Of a stretch of DNA of 48,221 nt, positions 16,845 through 25,542 are shown piece by piece. Position 1 is the first letter of the stretch. Every line of letters begins with the position of its first letter. Where the stretch lies: contig JAJOJK010000007.1 of NCBI GenBank assembly GCA_021208605.1, positions 1 through 48,221 on the forward strand. The letters are read 5' to 3'. This DNA comes from Candidatus Woesebacteria bacterium (lineage in GTDB: Bacteria > Patescibacteriota > Microgenomatia > UBA1400 > UBA1396). Under the pieces are notes generated by a model. The model was not told where the DNA came from, made no database searches, and saw only the letters and a list, made by a program, of their open reading frames with translations. A program made the translations under genes and the position numbers.

Positions 16845-17909
16845 ATGGCCGCAACACTTGTTCAAATGATCGAAATGATGATTACCTATGAGGCGTCGGA
16901 CCTCCATTTGGTGGCCGGGCATCCGCCGCATGTGCGTATTCATGGTGATCTTTTACCGGTGCAGGGAGAATTAGCGCTCAGTGAAGCAGCGACGTTCGAT
17001 CTTATCAAGCCACTCATGAATGAAACACAGCAGGCTGTGTATGAAGAAAAAAAGGAAGTCGACTTTTCGTATCAGTATGGCGACAAGGCTCGTTTCCGTG
17101 TCAATGTCTACACCCAACGCGGTTCGATTGCCGCGGCGCTGCGTTTAATTCCTATTCGCATTAAGACGATCGATGAACTCGGTCTCCCCCCAATTATTCA
17201 TGACATGACAAAAATTGGTGCCGGATTAGTCCTCGTGACTGGTCCGACCGGAACCGGTAAATCATCGACCTTGGCAGCCATGATTCAGGAAATCAATGAA
17301 TCTCGAGCCGAGCATATTTTGACGATTGAAGATCCAATTGAGTTTGTCTACGAGCCAGTGAAATCGGTTATTTCGCAGCGCGAGGTGCATGAAGACACAC
17401 TCTCGTGGACGAATGCGCTCCGCTCTTCTCTGCGTGAGGATCCGGATATCGTTTTGGTTGGTGAGATGCGTGATCTGGAAACCATTCAGTCAGCCTTGAC
17501 TGTGGCCGAAACTGGTCACTTAGTGTTTGCCACGCTGCACACAAACTCTGGTCCCGAAACCGTGGACCGTATTATTGACGTGTTCCCACAACATCAGCAG
17601 AGCCAAGTTCGTCAGCAGCTGGCGGCGAGTTTGAAGGCGGTGGTGTCGCAACGCCTCATTCAGACAGCCCAGGGTGATGCCCGTATTGCCGCCATGGAAA
17701 TTTTGGTTAACACGAGTGCGGTAGAAAACCTCATTCGAGAAGGAAAGACCTTCCAGATTGATAACGTGATGCAGACTTCGAGTGAGTCGGGCATGATGAC
17801 TATGGAAGCGCACTTGGTACAGCTCATTAATAGTGGAAAGATTACCTACGAAGCAGCTCTGCGCAAAGCGATTCGCCCGGCTGAGCTGGATCGTTTGATG
17901 GGACACTAA
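16845..17909 (+). CDS. pilT: Type IV pilus retraction ATPase PilT
   Basis: 354 aa with Walker A GPTGTGKSS and the PilT signature AVENLIREGK. Confidence 0.9.
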   Translation: MAATLVQMIEMMITYEASDLHLVAGHPPHVRIHGDLLPVQGELALSEAATFDLIKPLMNETQQAVYEEKKEVDFSYQYGDKARFRVNVYTQRGSIAAALRLIPIRIKTIDELGLPPIIHDMTKIGAGLVLVTGPTGTGKSSTLAAMIQEINESRAEHILTIEDPIEFVYEPVKSVISQREVHEDTLSWTNALRSSLREDPDIVLVGEMRDLETIQSALTVAETGHLVFATLHTNSGPETVDRIIDVFPQHQQSQVRQQLAASLKAVVSQRLIQTAQGDARIAAMEILVNTSAVENLIREGKTFQIDNVMQTSSESGMMTMEAHLVQLINSGKITYEAALRKAIRPAELDRLMGH

Positions 17910-17912
17910 GGT

Positions 17913-19112
17913 ATGCCACAGTTTGAATATCGCGCGCGCGACACGAAAGGTCGCAAACTCAAAGGAAAAGTCGAGGCCAAAAACAAAAATGTCGCGGCCT
18001 CCATTTTGCGCGAAAAGGGTTTATTCATTGTTTCTCTGAAAGACCATTCCGAGTCAACGCTGAGTGAGATCAACGCCCAATTATCGCGGGTGAAATCTGA
18101 TGATATTGTGAACTTCACTCGTCAGCTGGCCACGATGATTAACGCTGGTTTGCCGCTGATTCAAGCCCTGAGTTTGCTGCAGGCTCAAGCGAAGCCAGCC
18201 ATGGAAAAGATAATCCGCCAGATGATTCAGGATATCGAGGGCGGTTCCAATTTGGGTGATGCCCTGGCCAAGCACTCCGTATTCGATAAAGTATTTGTGT
18301 CGCTGGTGCAGGCTGGTGAAGCGGCTGGTGCGCTTGATACCATTTTGATTCGTTTGGCCGACACTCTAGAAAAGCAGAAAGAGTTCCGGGCCAAAACTCA
18401 AGGTGCTCTGATTTATCCGGGAATTGTCCTGACCGCGATGCTCGTAGTGGTTATTGTGATGCTGGTTTTTGTGGTGCCGCGTATGACCGAACTCTACGCG
18501 GACTTTGATGCCGAACTTCCATTTGCAACGCAATTTTTGATTGATCTTTCCAGTTTCCTGCGCAATCAGTGGTATGTTTTTATAGCTTCTGCGGTCGGTG
18601 GTTTTGTGGTGTTTCGTGCCTGGAAGCGAACTCCGCAAGGGGCAATGCAGTTTGATCGGTTTAAGTTGCGGATTCCAGTTATGGGTCAGTTGCAACAGAA
18701 AGTTTTGGTGACCGAGTTTTCGCGCACGATGTCTCTGATGATTTCAGCCGGTATTTCTTTACTGGAAGCGCTCGATATTGTGGAAAACGGTATGAATAAT
18801 TTGGTGTACCAAACCGCCATTTCCAAAGCGCGTACCGGTGTGGAGAAAGGTCGTCCACTCTCTGGGTCGCTAGAGCGCGAAGATGTATTTCCGGCACTTT
18901 TGCCACAAATGGTGGCCGTGGGTGAAGAAACCGGACAGCTCGATGATGTTTTAGAAAAACTCGCTAAGTACTACGAATCAGAAACTGAGCACGCAATTAA
19001 AGGTTTGACTACAGCTCTTGAACCAATGATTATGGTCGTCCTCGGTATTGGTGTTGGTTTCTTAATTATTGCTATTGTGATGCCAATCTACAACTTAACC
19101 TCACAATTCTAG
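17913..19112 (+). CDS. pilC: Type IV pilus platform protein PilC (GspF family)
   Basis: 399 aa with two T2SSF repeats and three TM segments, directly downstream of pilT. Confidence 0.9.
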   Translation: MPQFEYRARDTKGRKLKGKVEAKNKNVAASILREKGLFIVSLKDHSESTLSEINAQLSRVKSDDIVNFTRQLATMINAGLPLIQALSLLQAQAKPAMEKIIRQMIQDIEGGSNLGDALAKHSVFDKVFVSLVQAGEAAGALDTILIRLADTLEKQKEFRAKTQGALIYPGIVLTAMLVVVIVMLVFVVPRMTELYADFDAELPFATQFLIDLSSFLRNQWYVFIASAVGGFVVFRAWKRTPQGAMQFDRFKLRIPVMGQLQQKVLVTEFSRTMSLMISAGISLLEALDIVENGMNNLVYQTAISKARTGVEKGRPLSGSLEREDVFPALLPQMVAVGEETGQLDDVLEKLAKYYESETEHAIKGLTTALEPMIMVVLGIGVGFLIIAIVMPIYNLTSQF

Positions 19113-19175
19113 AATCAAAAAACAAAAAAAGAAGCAAGGAGAAGCGAAACACGAGAATGCCAGACAATCATGATA

Positions 19176-19204
19176 TTGACAACCTTCTTTAGATTCTCTA
19201 CGCT
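19176..19204 (+). promoter_or_regulatory. Candidate promoter TTGACA-17 nt-TACGCT, 9 nt upstream of the pilin ATG
   Basis: The -35 is perfect (19176-19181) and the -10 is weak (19199-19204). The geometry implies a near-leaderless pilin mRNA. Confidence 0.35.
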
Positions 19205-19213
19205 TAAAGACAT

Positions 19214-19843
19214 ATGACGCTGCCCCGACAACTCTTATCACACATGCGAAATGTTGCTGGTTTCACCATGATTGAGTTATTGGTGGTGATCTCTGTGATC
19301 GGTATTTTGGCCGTCGCCGTGCTTTCTTCCATTAACCCGATTGAGCAGATTAACAAAGGTCGTGATACTCGTACTCGTTCCGACGCGGCGCAGCTGATTA
19401 ACGCGGTGGACCGCTACTTCTCTATTCACGAAGAATATCCATGGAACACCGAAACTGCCGACTGGGCTGGTGCCGATGTGGTCGATGACTACGAAACCGG
19501 TATTGGCTTTTACGAAGACGAAGCCGTTACGTTCCCAGGATCTACCACCACTCTGAGCAGCTGGGAATGGATCAACATTTTGGAAACCACCGCAGAAGTG
19601 AAAGCAGGTTTTGTGAATCGTCTGACCACAGATGACAATGTTGACTACGTTATCTACAAGCCAGACACGGCGAATGCGACCATGTACATTTGTTTCCCAC
19701 CATCATCTAACGCTTTCGACCAGGAAGCTTCCGCTCGCTGTACGGGTGGATCCATCGATGACGACGTGCAGTCCATTGCCTGTCCGGCGAACTGTGATGA
19801 CAGTTTCACCGACAACAACGCCTGTCTTGTCTGTCTCCCATAA
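19214..19843 (+). CDS. pilA: Type IV pilin (likely major pilin) with Cys-rich C-terminus
   Basis: Class III signal ...MRNVAG/FTMIELLVVISVIGILA. Six Cys lie in the last ~60 aa. An alternative start is the ATG at 19244. Confidence 0.8.
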   Translation: MTLPRQLLSHMRNVAGFTMIELLVVISVIGILAVAVLSSINPIEQINKGRDTRTRSDAAQLINAVDRYFSIHEEYPWNTETADWAGADVVDDYETGIGFYEDEAVTFPGSTTTLSSWEWINILETTAEVKAGFVNRLTTDDNVDYVIYKPDTANATMYICFPPSSNAFDQEASARCTGGSIDDDVQSIACPANCDDSFTDNNACLVCLP

Positions 19844-19919
19844 ACTTGGCAACAGAAATAACAACGGACCACGATTTTGTGAGCACTGTCTTCCAAAAGC
19901 GTGGTCCTTTTTCGTGTCG

Positions 19920-20744
19920 ATGTGCTATGCTGTCTCGACAATGACACTCTGGTTACTCCCTTTTGTTTTTTTTATTGGCGCCGTCATTGGGAGCTTTATC
20001 AATGTCTTGGTTATTCGCAGTTTGACAGGCGAGCAATTCTTGTGGGGACGTTCGCATTGTGACAGTTGTCGTCGTGATTTAGAGTGGTTTGAGTTGATTC
20101 CCCTGGTTTCTTTTTTCGCGCTGCGGGGCCGGTGTCGAACGTGTCATACACCGATCGATATCATGCATCCGGTAGTAGAGCTCCTGACAGCCTCTCTCTT
20201 TGCCTGGTGGTTTGTGATCGGATTCGCATTTTTTCAACTCACCACCCAGCCGCTGATGATTATTCAGCCCGGATTTTGGTTATTAGTGGGATTGCTCCTC
20301 CTGGTGATTTTTTTGACCGATATTCAGGCCTACTACATTCCCGATTGGGCCACATTGATGTTGAGCTTGATGACTCTGGCCTATCGTTTTGTGCTGATTG
20401 GGTTTGGCATTTATAATCCGCAGAGTTTAGCCTGGGCACTGTTCGGTGCCGCTCTGATTCTCTTTTTCTTTTTGTTCTTGTGGTTGATCACTGGCGGACG
20501 CGGAATGGGCTTCGGTGACGTAAAGCTGGTCTTTGCTCTCGGATTGTTGATGGAATGGCCAGCGATGCTGGTAGGTATCTTTTTGGCTTTTGTATATGGC
20601 GCTATTGTGGGAGTCGGAGTTTTGATAGTGAGTCGTCAGCGCCGTGGGGTGCCAATTCCGTTTGCCCCTTTCCTGATTCTTGGCACAGCTACTGCTTTGA
20701 TGTGGGGTGATTCTCTGCTACGCTGGTATATGCAATTCCTATGA
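19920..20744 (+). CDS. pilD: Prepilin peptidase / N-methyltransferase PilD (A24)
   Basis: Zn-finger pairs CDSC...CRTC, the Asp-box GFGDVKL, and a polytopic membrane profile. The track's N-terminal extension (19632-19919) overlaps pilA and was rejected. Confidence 0.88.
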   Translation: MCYAVSTMTLWLLPFVFFIGAVIGSFINVLVIRSLTGEQFLWGRSHCDSCRRDLEWFELIPLVSFFALRGRCRTCHTPIDIMHPVVELLTASLFAWWFVIGFAFFQLTTQPLMIIQPGFWLLVGLLLLVIFLTDIQAYYIPDWATLMLSLMTLAYRFVLIGFGIYNPQSLAWALFGAALILFFFLFLWLITGGRGMGFGDVKLVFALGLLMEWPAMLVGIFLAFVYGAIVGVGVLIVSRQRRGVPIPFAPFLILGTATALMWGDSLLRWYMQFL

Positions 20745-21655
20745 ACTTTTTATCGACGTTTCTCAAACTCAGTCTTGTTCTTTTTCTGATTGCGCTTTTC
20801 GGCTTTTATGGCGGCCGAGAAATATGGTTGTTTGTGGCGGCTGAACAAGTCGTCACCGATGCCAAACACCTCACATATCCCAAACAGTGGGAAGATGTCA
20901 TTTCAGGGTGTAGTAGTTCAACGATAACCGGGTCGTCACCATTTGAAGGCTTTCAGTTGCGTTTCATTGATCAGGAGAACTATGCTTTGGAAGTGGACTG
21001 TACTGCGGTGCAGCCCGTAGCCAAAGAATCAACCACATTGCCCCAAGGTGTGAAAAAAACTGTCGGTTCAGCTGGATTCTACTATGATTTTGATTTACAG
21101 GCTCTGAGTGGCGAAATTCAGTTGGAGTTTCTGGGTCGGACACGAGTAGTCTATGCCGATGGCGAAACGGTTAAGCAAACTTGGGGAACAACTACTTTTG
21201 TGGCGTCTCAACCAGCGAGTGCGTGCCAAGCTTTTGGATTGACCTGTTGTGATCCAGTCGAGCAGCAGGGTGTCGGTGAGGCAGTTTCCGCAGGAGTGGT
21301 TGATTGCAGTCAGAACTGTTTTAGTCAGTGTTTACAACGCCCGACATTGCTTTCATTTACCGCTGATCCCACGCCAAATCATGAAACTCGCACGGTTTCG
21401 GTGGAAGGAACTTCTTCTCTGGTGATTTTCTCGTATGCCTTTGACGAAACTCAGGCTGAAGTCGAGTCTGTAACGATTCAGTTTGGTGATGGCACCACGC
21501 GCACTCTTGAAGATGCCAATTCGTTAGTCACCAAAGAATATGCGTGTCCGCAGCGTGGTTGTGTGTACGCAGCCACAGTGAAAGCTGTTGATGTACGGGG
21601 TGTGGAGTCAGCCGAAAGCCGCCTGAGCACGATGGTGATTGAGTTTGCCCCATAA
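20741..21655 (+). CDS. Membrane-anchored Cys-rich protein with C-terminal PKD-like domain
   Basis: Its start overlaps the pilD stop (ATGA). It has an N-terminal TM segment and a Cys cluster (ACQAFGLTCCDP...DCSQNCFSQC). The PKD-like motif is IQFGDGTTRTL...KEYACPQRGCVYAATVKAVDVRG. Confidence 0.55.
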   Translation: MNFLSTFLKLSLVLFLIALFGFYGGREIWLFVAAEQVVTDAKHLTYPKQWEDVISGCSSSTITGSSPFEGFQLRFIDQENYALEVDCTAVQPVAKESTTLPQGVKKTVGSAGFYYDFDLQALSGEIQLEFLGRTRVVYADGETVKQTWGTTTFVASQPASACQAFGLTCCDPVEQQGVGEAVSAGVVDCSQNCFSQCLQRPTLLSFTADPTPNHETRTVSVEGTSSLVIFSYAFDETQAEVESVTIQFGDGTTRTLEDANSLVTKEYACPQRGCVYAATVKAVDVRGVESAESRLSTMVIEFAP

Positions 21656-21717
21656 GGGCATGCCTTACCAAAGAATGCTGCCTTCTTCTCGATTCACAAT
21701 CCGTGTATACTGATACT

Positions 21718-22143
21718 ATGCGTGTCACTCCTCATCGCTCTGGTTTTACCCTTTTCGAGTTGTTGGTGTCGATCTCGATTATCGGCATCTTAATTGCTCT
21801 CGGAACGGTCAGCTTCACTACTGCGCAGCAAAGTGGTCGTGACTCCCGTCGCCGCAGCGATGTGACAGGTATGCGTAATGCCCTCGAACAATACTACGCG
21901 CGTTACACCGCCTATCCTGACGCGTGTACCGATGACGAAGTCACTGAAGTCTTGCCCAATGGTTTTCCGACTGATCCGAAAACAGGAGACGAGAACTATG
22001 GCTATGACGTGACCTGTTCTTCCGACAGCTATTGTGTCTGTGCCCTCATGGAGCGCGAAGGAACGGGGAATTCCAATACCAATGACTGTACCGACTTTAC
22101 CACCAGCGGAGGAGATTACTTCTGTGCCCAAAATCTCCAGTAA
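21718..22143 (+). CDS. GspG-like pseudopilin / minor pilin, paralog 1
   Basis: Prepilin signal MRVTPHRSG/FTLFELLVSISIIGIL, followed by GRDSRRRSDV...LEQYYARYTAYP. Confidence 0.8.
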   Translation: MRVTPHRSGFTLFELLVSISIIGILIALGTVSFTTAQQSGRDSRRRSDVTGMRNALEQYYARYTAYPDACTDDEVTEVLPNGFPTDPKTGDENYGYDVTCSSDSYCVCALMEREGTGNSNTNDCTDFTTSGGDYFCAQNLQ

Positions 22144-22582
22144 GCATTCTCGGCTCGGTTTTTCGTTTATTGAACTGCTCGTGGTGACCGCCATTATTGG
22201 TGTGTTGACGAGTGTGGTGATTATTAGTTTCCGGCAAGCAAACCAGAATGCCCGAGATGCGCGGCGAAAAACTGATTTACAAGAGCTGCGCGGCATTCTC
22301 GAAAATTATCGTCTAGAAAACGGCACGTATCCCGAGTCAGAAAACGAGCAAGGTGGCTACGAAGTCAGCTCTGATGGTACCTTCCTAGAAAACTTACCCG
22401 CGGAGTACACTTCTCGCTCCTATACCGATCCCGTCAATGATGCCGAGCACTACTACCGCTACCGCTTGGTGGAGCAACCCGGTTGCTCGTACGAACTGAG
22501 CGTGTTTTTGGAGTCTGGAAATGGGCAAACATGCAGCAGTTGTGGGTATACAAATGATGAGTACTACTGTTTGACTGACTAA
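22124..22582 (+). CDS. GspG-like pseudopilin / minor pilin, paralog 2
   Basis: An inferred GTG start at 22124 gives the leader MPKISSKHSRLG/FSFIELLVVTAIIGVL, followed by ARDARRKTDL...LENYRLENGTYP. It overlaps the previous gene by 20 nt. Confidence 0.72.
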   Translation: MPKISSKHSRLGFSFIELLVVTAIIGVLTSVVIISFRQANQNARDARRKTDLQELRGILENYRLENGTYPESENEQGGYEVSSDGTFLENLPAEYTSRSYTDPVNDAEHYYRYRLVEQPGCSYELSVFLESGNGQTCSSCGYTNDEYYCLTD

Positions 22583-22591
22583 AGCAACACT

Positions 22592-23095
22592 ATGAAAAAG
22601 AATTGGCACATATTCTTACGCGCGCAAGCCGGCTTTACGTTTATTGAGCTCTTGGTCGTTACTGTCATTATTGGCGTCTTGGCAAGCGTGGTGATGGTTT
22701 CGTTTGTATCAAGTAGCGAGCATACCCGAGACGCGCGGCGCAAAAAAGACTTGGCAGCATTGCAGGCGGCCTTGGAAGTGTATAAGTTGAACACTGGTGC
22801 GTATCCGAGTCATACGCTCTGTAATGCGGCGGCGACGTGGCCAGGGTGTCGCACTCCATGGATTCCGGGCATGAATGACGATTACATTTCGGAATTACCA
22901 CAAGATCCGAGACAGAATGCCACCACTTTTATCGGGAACTCTGACGAACCAGAATATACCTACAACTATATTCGCACTTCTGAAACTTCCTATCATTTAC
23001 TGACACGCCTGGAGAATGTTGACGACGACCTTGTTAACGGCGATGAGTTTGGTTACACCGGAGAGGGAATCTATGTGGTTACGCAACCCAAATAA
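22592..23095 (+). CDS. GspG-like pseudopilin / minor pilin, paralog 3
   Basis: Leader MKKNWHIFLRAQAG/FTFIELLVVTVIIGVL, followed by TRDARRKKDL...LEVYKLNTGAYP. Confidence 0.8.
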   Translation: MKKNWHIFLRAQAGFTFIELLVVTVIIGVLASVVMVSFVSSSEHTRDARRKKDLAALQAALEVYKLNTGAYPSHTLCNAAATWPGCRTPWIPGMNDDYISELPQDPRQNATTFIGNSDEPEYTYNYIRTSETSYHLLTRLENVDDDLVNGDEFGYTGEGIYVVTQPK

Positions 23096-23574
23096 TTCTG
23101 CCGGTTTCACGTTTATTGAGTTGCTCGTGACAACAACATTGAGTTTGCTCTTGATGGGCGGAGCGTTTTGCTGCGTACAACTCATTTGCTTCTCGGCAAG
23201 ACAAAGTTGAGTCAGCGCGTGATGTGCAAGCGGTTTTGCAAGCCGCCCGCGAACGCAGTCGTGGCGGAGACAAGCCAGAGGCCTGTGGTCGGCTCAACGC
23301 TTACCGCGTCTGGGGAGTGCAGGGAACACAGAATTACTATCTGGCAGTTCGCTGTGATGACAACGGAACCGATCTCGAACAAGAAACCTTTTCTCTGCAA
23401 TCGGGCGAGTATTTTTTAGATGATTTCGAACTCTTTTTTCCACCACTTCCGGGACCTGTGCCAGGTGCGCCAGTGACGGTGTCAATTGGAGAGCTGGAGG
23501 ATCAGTCAGTTCGCTATGAATTTATGGTGTCAGACCAAGGAGTCATCGAAAATGGTGGCCTGGTTTCTGAGTAG
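23073..23574 (+). CDS. Minor pilin (GspH/FimT-like), frameshifted at a T4 run
   Basis: MWLRNPNNSAG/FTFIELLVTTTLSLLLMGGAF terminates after 45 codons. The +1 frame continues AAYNSFASRQDKVESARDVQAVLQAARERS... to 23574. The junction is at TTTT 23166-23169. Confidence 0.65.
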
Positions 23575-23620
23575 TTCTCTCTTTTTTTCTGTTCTCTCGC
23601 CTGCTAGGCTAAGAGAGCGT

Positions 23621-24118
23621 ATGAAACGAACCGCTCCCTCTACTCTGCCTGTTTTTTCCGCTCAACGCGGACAGTCTTTGATAGAAGTGACTTTTGCCAC
23701 TGCGGTGGTTTCTTTGGTTTTGGTGGCAATTCTTTCTTCGGTGATTCAATCAGTGGGAAACTCGCGCGTAGCTATTGAGCAAACACAAGCCACTTCTTTA
23801 GCCCAAGAAAGTATGGAATGGATTCGCAACCAACGCGATGTAATTGGCTGGGGCGTTTTTTCGTCTGCTTTGGAAGCTCGCGGCGGTGATGTCACCTACT
23901 GTGTTCCGAGCTTGCCGGCCACCTTTGCCGATCTCATCACGGCTACGCCGGGAGAATGTACCGACAATGAAGTTGTTACCGATACGCAGTTTCAGCGTGA
24001 ATTGCGTTTACAACGCTTGTCGGATACGGAAGTCGCTGTCGAGTCTATGGTCACCAGGCCCGGAAGATCCGGAGAAATTACTACTCGTTTAGAAACCGTA
24101 CTGGCGGATTGGGAATGA
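23621..24118 (+). CDS. Minor pilin-like protein (PilV/GspI-like)
   Basis: From the ATG at 23621: MKRTAPSTLPVFSAQRG/QSLIEVTFATAVVSLVLVAIL. Confidence 0.6.
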   Translation: MKRTAPSTLPVFSAQRGQSLIEVTFATAVVSLVLVAILSSVIQSVGNSRVAIEQTQATSLAQESMEWIRNQRDVIGWGVFSSALEARGGDVTYCVPSLPATFADLITATPGECTDNEVVTDTQFQRELRLQRLSDTEVAVESMVTRPGRSGEITTRLETVLADWE

Positions 24119-24654
24119 GACACACACGTTCAGGATTTACGATTATTGAGCTGATTACTGTGGTAACGATCACGGCAATTATTAGTATTGTGTCAGTTTC
24201 GGTGCTGGTAAATTCGCAGGTCCGGGGAACAAAGTCTACCACTATCAACAAAGTCCGGAATGAAGGTGCTTTTTTGTTGGATAGAATCTCTTTTCTTCTG
24301 CGCAACGCGCGGTACATAGAAGAAAACCAGTTTGGCGCCACGTGCCAACCAGCTATGGAATCAATTCGAGTGCGGGCAAATGATGGCGGCCTCGTGGAGC
24401 TCTACCGCACCGAAGACAACCGTGTTGCCTCTAATTCGGGAGAGGAGATTACCGATCCACCTACCACGTATTTGTCGAGTGCAGGCGTACGTGTTGATTC
24501 TTTGGTGTTCTCGTGCCAGCAAGCAGCGGAACAGACTGGTGCCATTATTGATGTTCGTTTGACTGTTTCTACCGGAAATCCAGATACGCTCTCGCCAGAA
24601 TCGTATCACTCAGAAGCATTTGCTACGCAAGTTTACGTGCGATCGTACCAATAG
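24115..24654 (+). CDS. Minor pilin-like protein (PilW/GspJ-like)
   Basis: Its ATG overlaps the previous stop (ATGA). The leader reads MRHTRSG/FTIIELITVVTITAIISIV. Confidence 0.68.
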   Translation: MRHTRSGFTIIELITVVTITAIISIVSVSVLVNSQVRGTKSTTINKVRNEGAFLLDRISFLLRNARYIEENQFGATCQPAMESIRVRANDGGLVELYRTEDNRVASNSGEEITDPPTTYLSSAGVRVDSLVFSCQQAAEQTGAIIDVRLTVSTGNPDTLSPESYHSEAFATQVYVRSYQ

Positions 24655-24729
24655 TTGATCCATACAAGTTTGTTGAGATTCCTGTCTCCATACTGCAACG
24701 CCTGTTGAGAAATGATACACTGAGTAGGT

Positions 24730-25500
24730 ATGCCGCACACGCATTTTTCTCAGTCTGGTCAGGTTGGCATTGCTGTCATTTTAGTGATGGTGGTAATGAC
24801 GACTATTGGTATTTCTTTAGCTACTCGATCAGCGAGTGATGTACGTACTGCTCGGCAGTCGCAAGAGGCAACGCAGACTTTTAGTGCGGCCGAAGCGGCC
24901 CTGGAGGATATTTTGTCTCGTGATCAGCAGTATTTAGAAGATACTTCCACTGGCGAGTATACCGATGTGGAAAATGTCACTGTTAACTATTCGGTGGGCA
25001 AACAAAACGAACTCACCACAGAGCTGCTCCAAGGTTCTACCGCTGAAGTCGATGTCTCGAGTGGGAGTGTCGGCCAGCAAGTGGTGATTGAGTGGGCCGA
25101 AAATGTCAGCTGCGGCAGTGGCTCACCAGCTTCTTTGTTGGTTAGTGTGATCAACACCGCTGGTGCCGAGCCAATTGCTCGCCACTATGCCTACTCGCCG
25201 TGTGATCGAGCTGACGGCATGGAAGTGATTTCGGCCGCTGGATCTATCTATGACCGCCAAGTTGTTTTGACGTTGGAATCGGGAGATCAATACCTGCGCG
25301 TGACGCCAATTTACGGTGACACCAACATTTTGGTCAACGGGAATGGCTGGACCTTACCAACGCAAGAATTCACAATTAACTCTGTGGCGCAAAACCAATT
25401 GGGCCGAGAAACAAAAGCGATTGAAGTCGAACGAACGACGGAGTACGCTCCGACGCTGCTCGATTACTCACTGGTTTCTGGCACCACGATTATTAAGTAA
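24730..25500 (+). CDS. PilX-like pilus assembly protein
   Basis: An N-terminal hydrophobic helix is followed by ...TARQSQEATQTFSAAEAALEDIL, resembling the PilX N-terminal domain. TGaTACACT lies 8 nt upstream of the ATG. Confidence 0.5.
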   Translation: MPHTHFSQSGQVGIAVILVMVVMTTIGISLATRSASDVRTARQSQEATQTFSAAEAALEDILSRDQQYLEDTSTGEYTDVENVTVNYSVGKQNELTTELLQGSTAEVDVSSGSVGQQVVIEWAENVSCGSGSPASLLVSVINTAGAEPIARHYAYSPCDRADGMEVISAAGSIYDRQVVLTLESGDQYLRVTPIYGDTNILVNGNGWTLPTQEFTINSVAQNQLGRETKAIEVERTTEYAPTLLDYSLVSGTTIIK

Positions 25501-25542
25501 AAGCAAGTAAACAAGGACGGCAGCAGACTGTCGAATGCACGT

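Noticed and set aside
19632-19919. N-terminal 96 codons of the 370-aa pilD track ORF
   Set aside because: This part overlaps the 3' half of the pilin gene in another frame. The PilD homology, beginning with the TM segment LWLLPFVFFIGAVIGSF, starts only after the ATG at 19920/19941.
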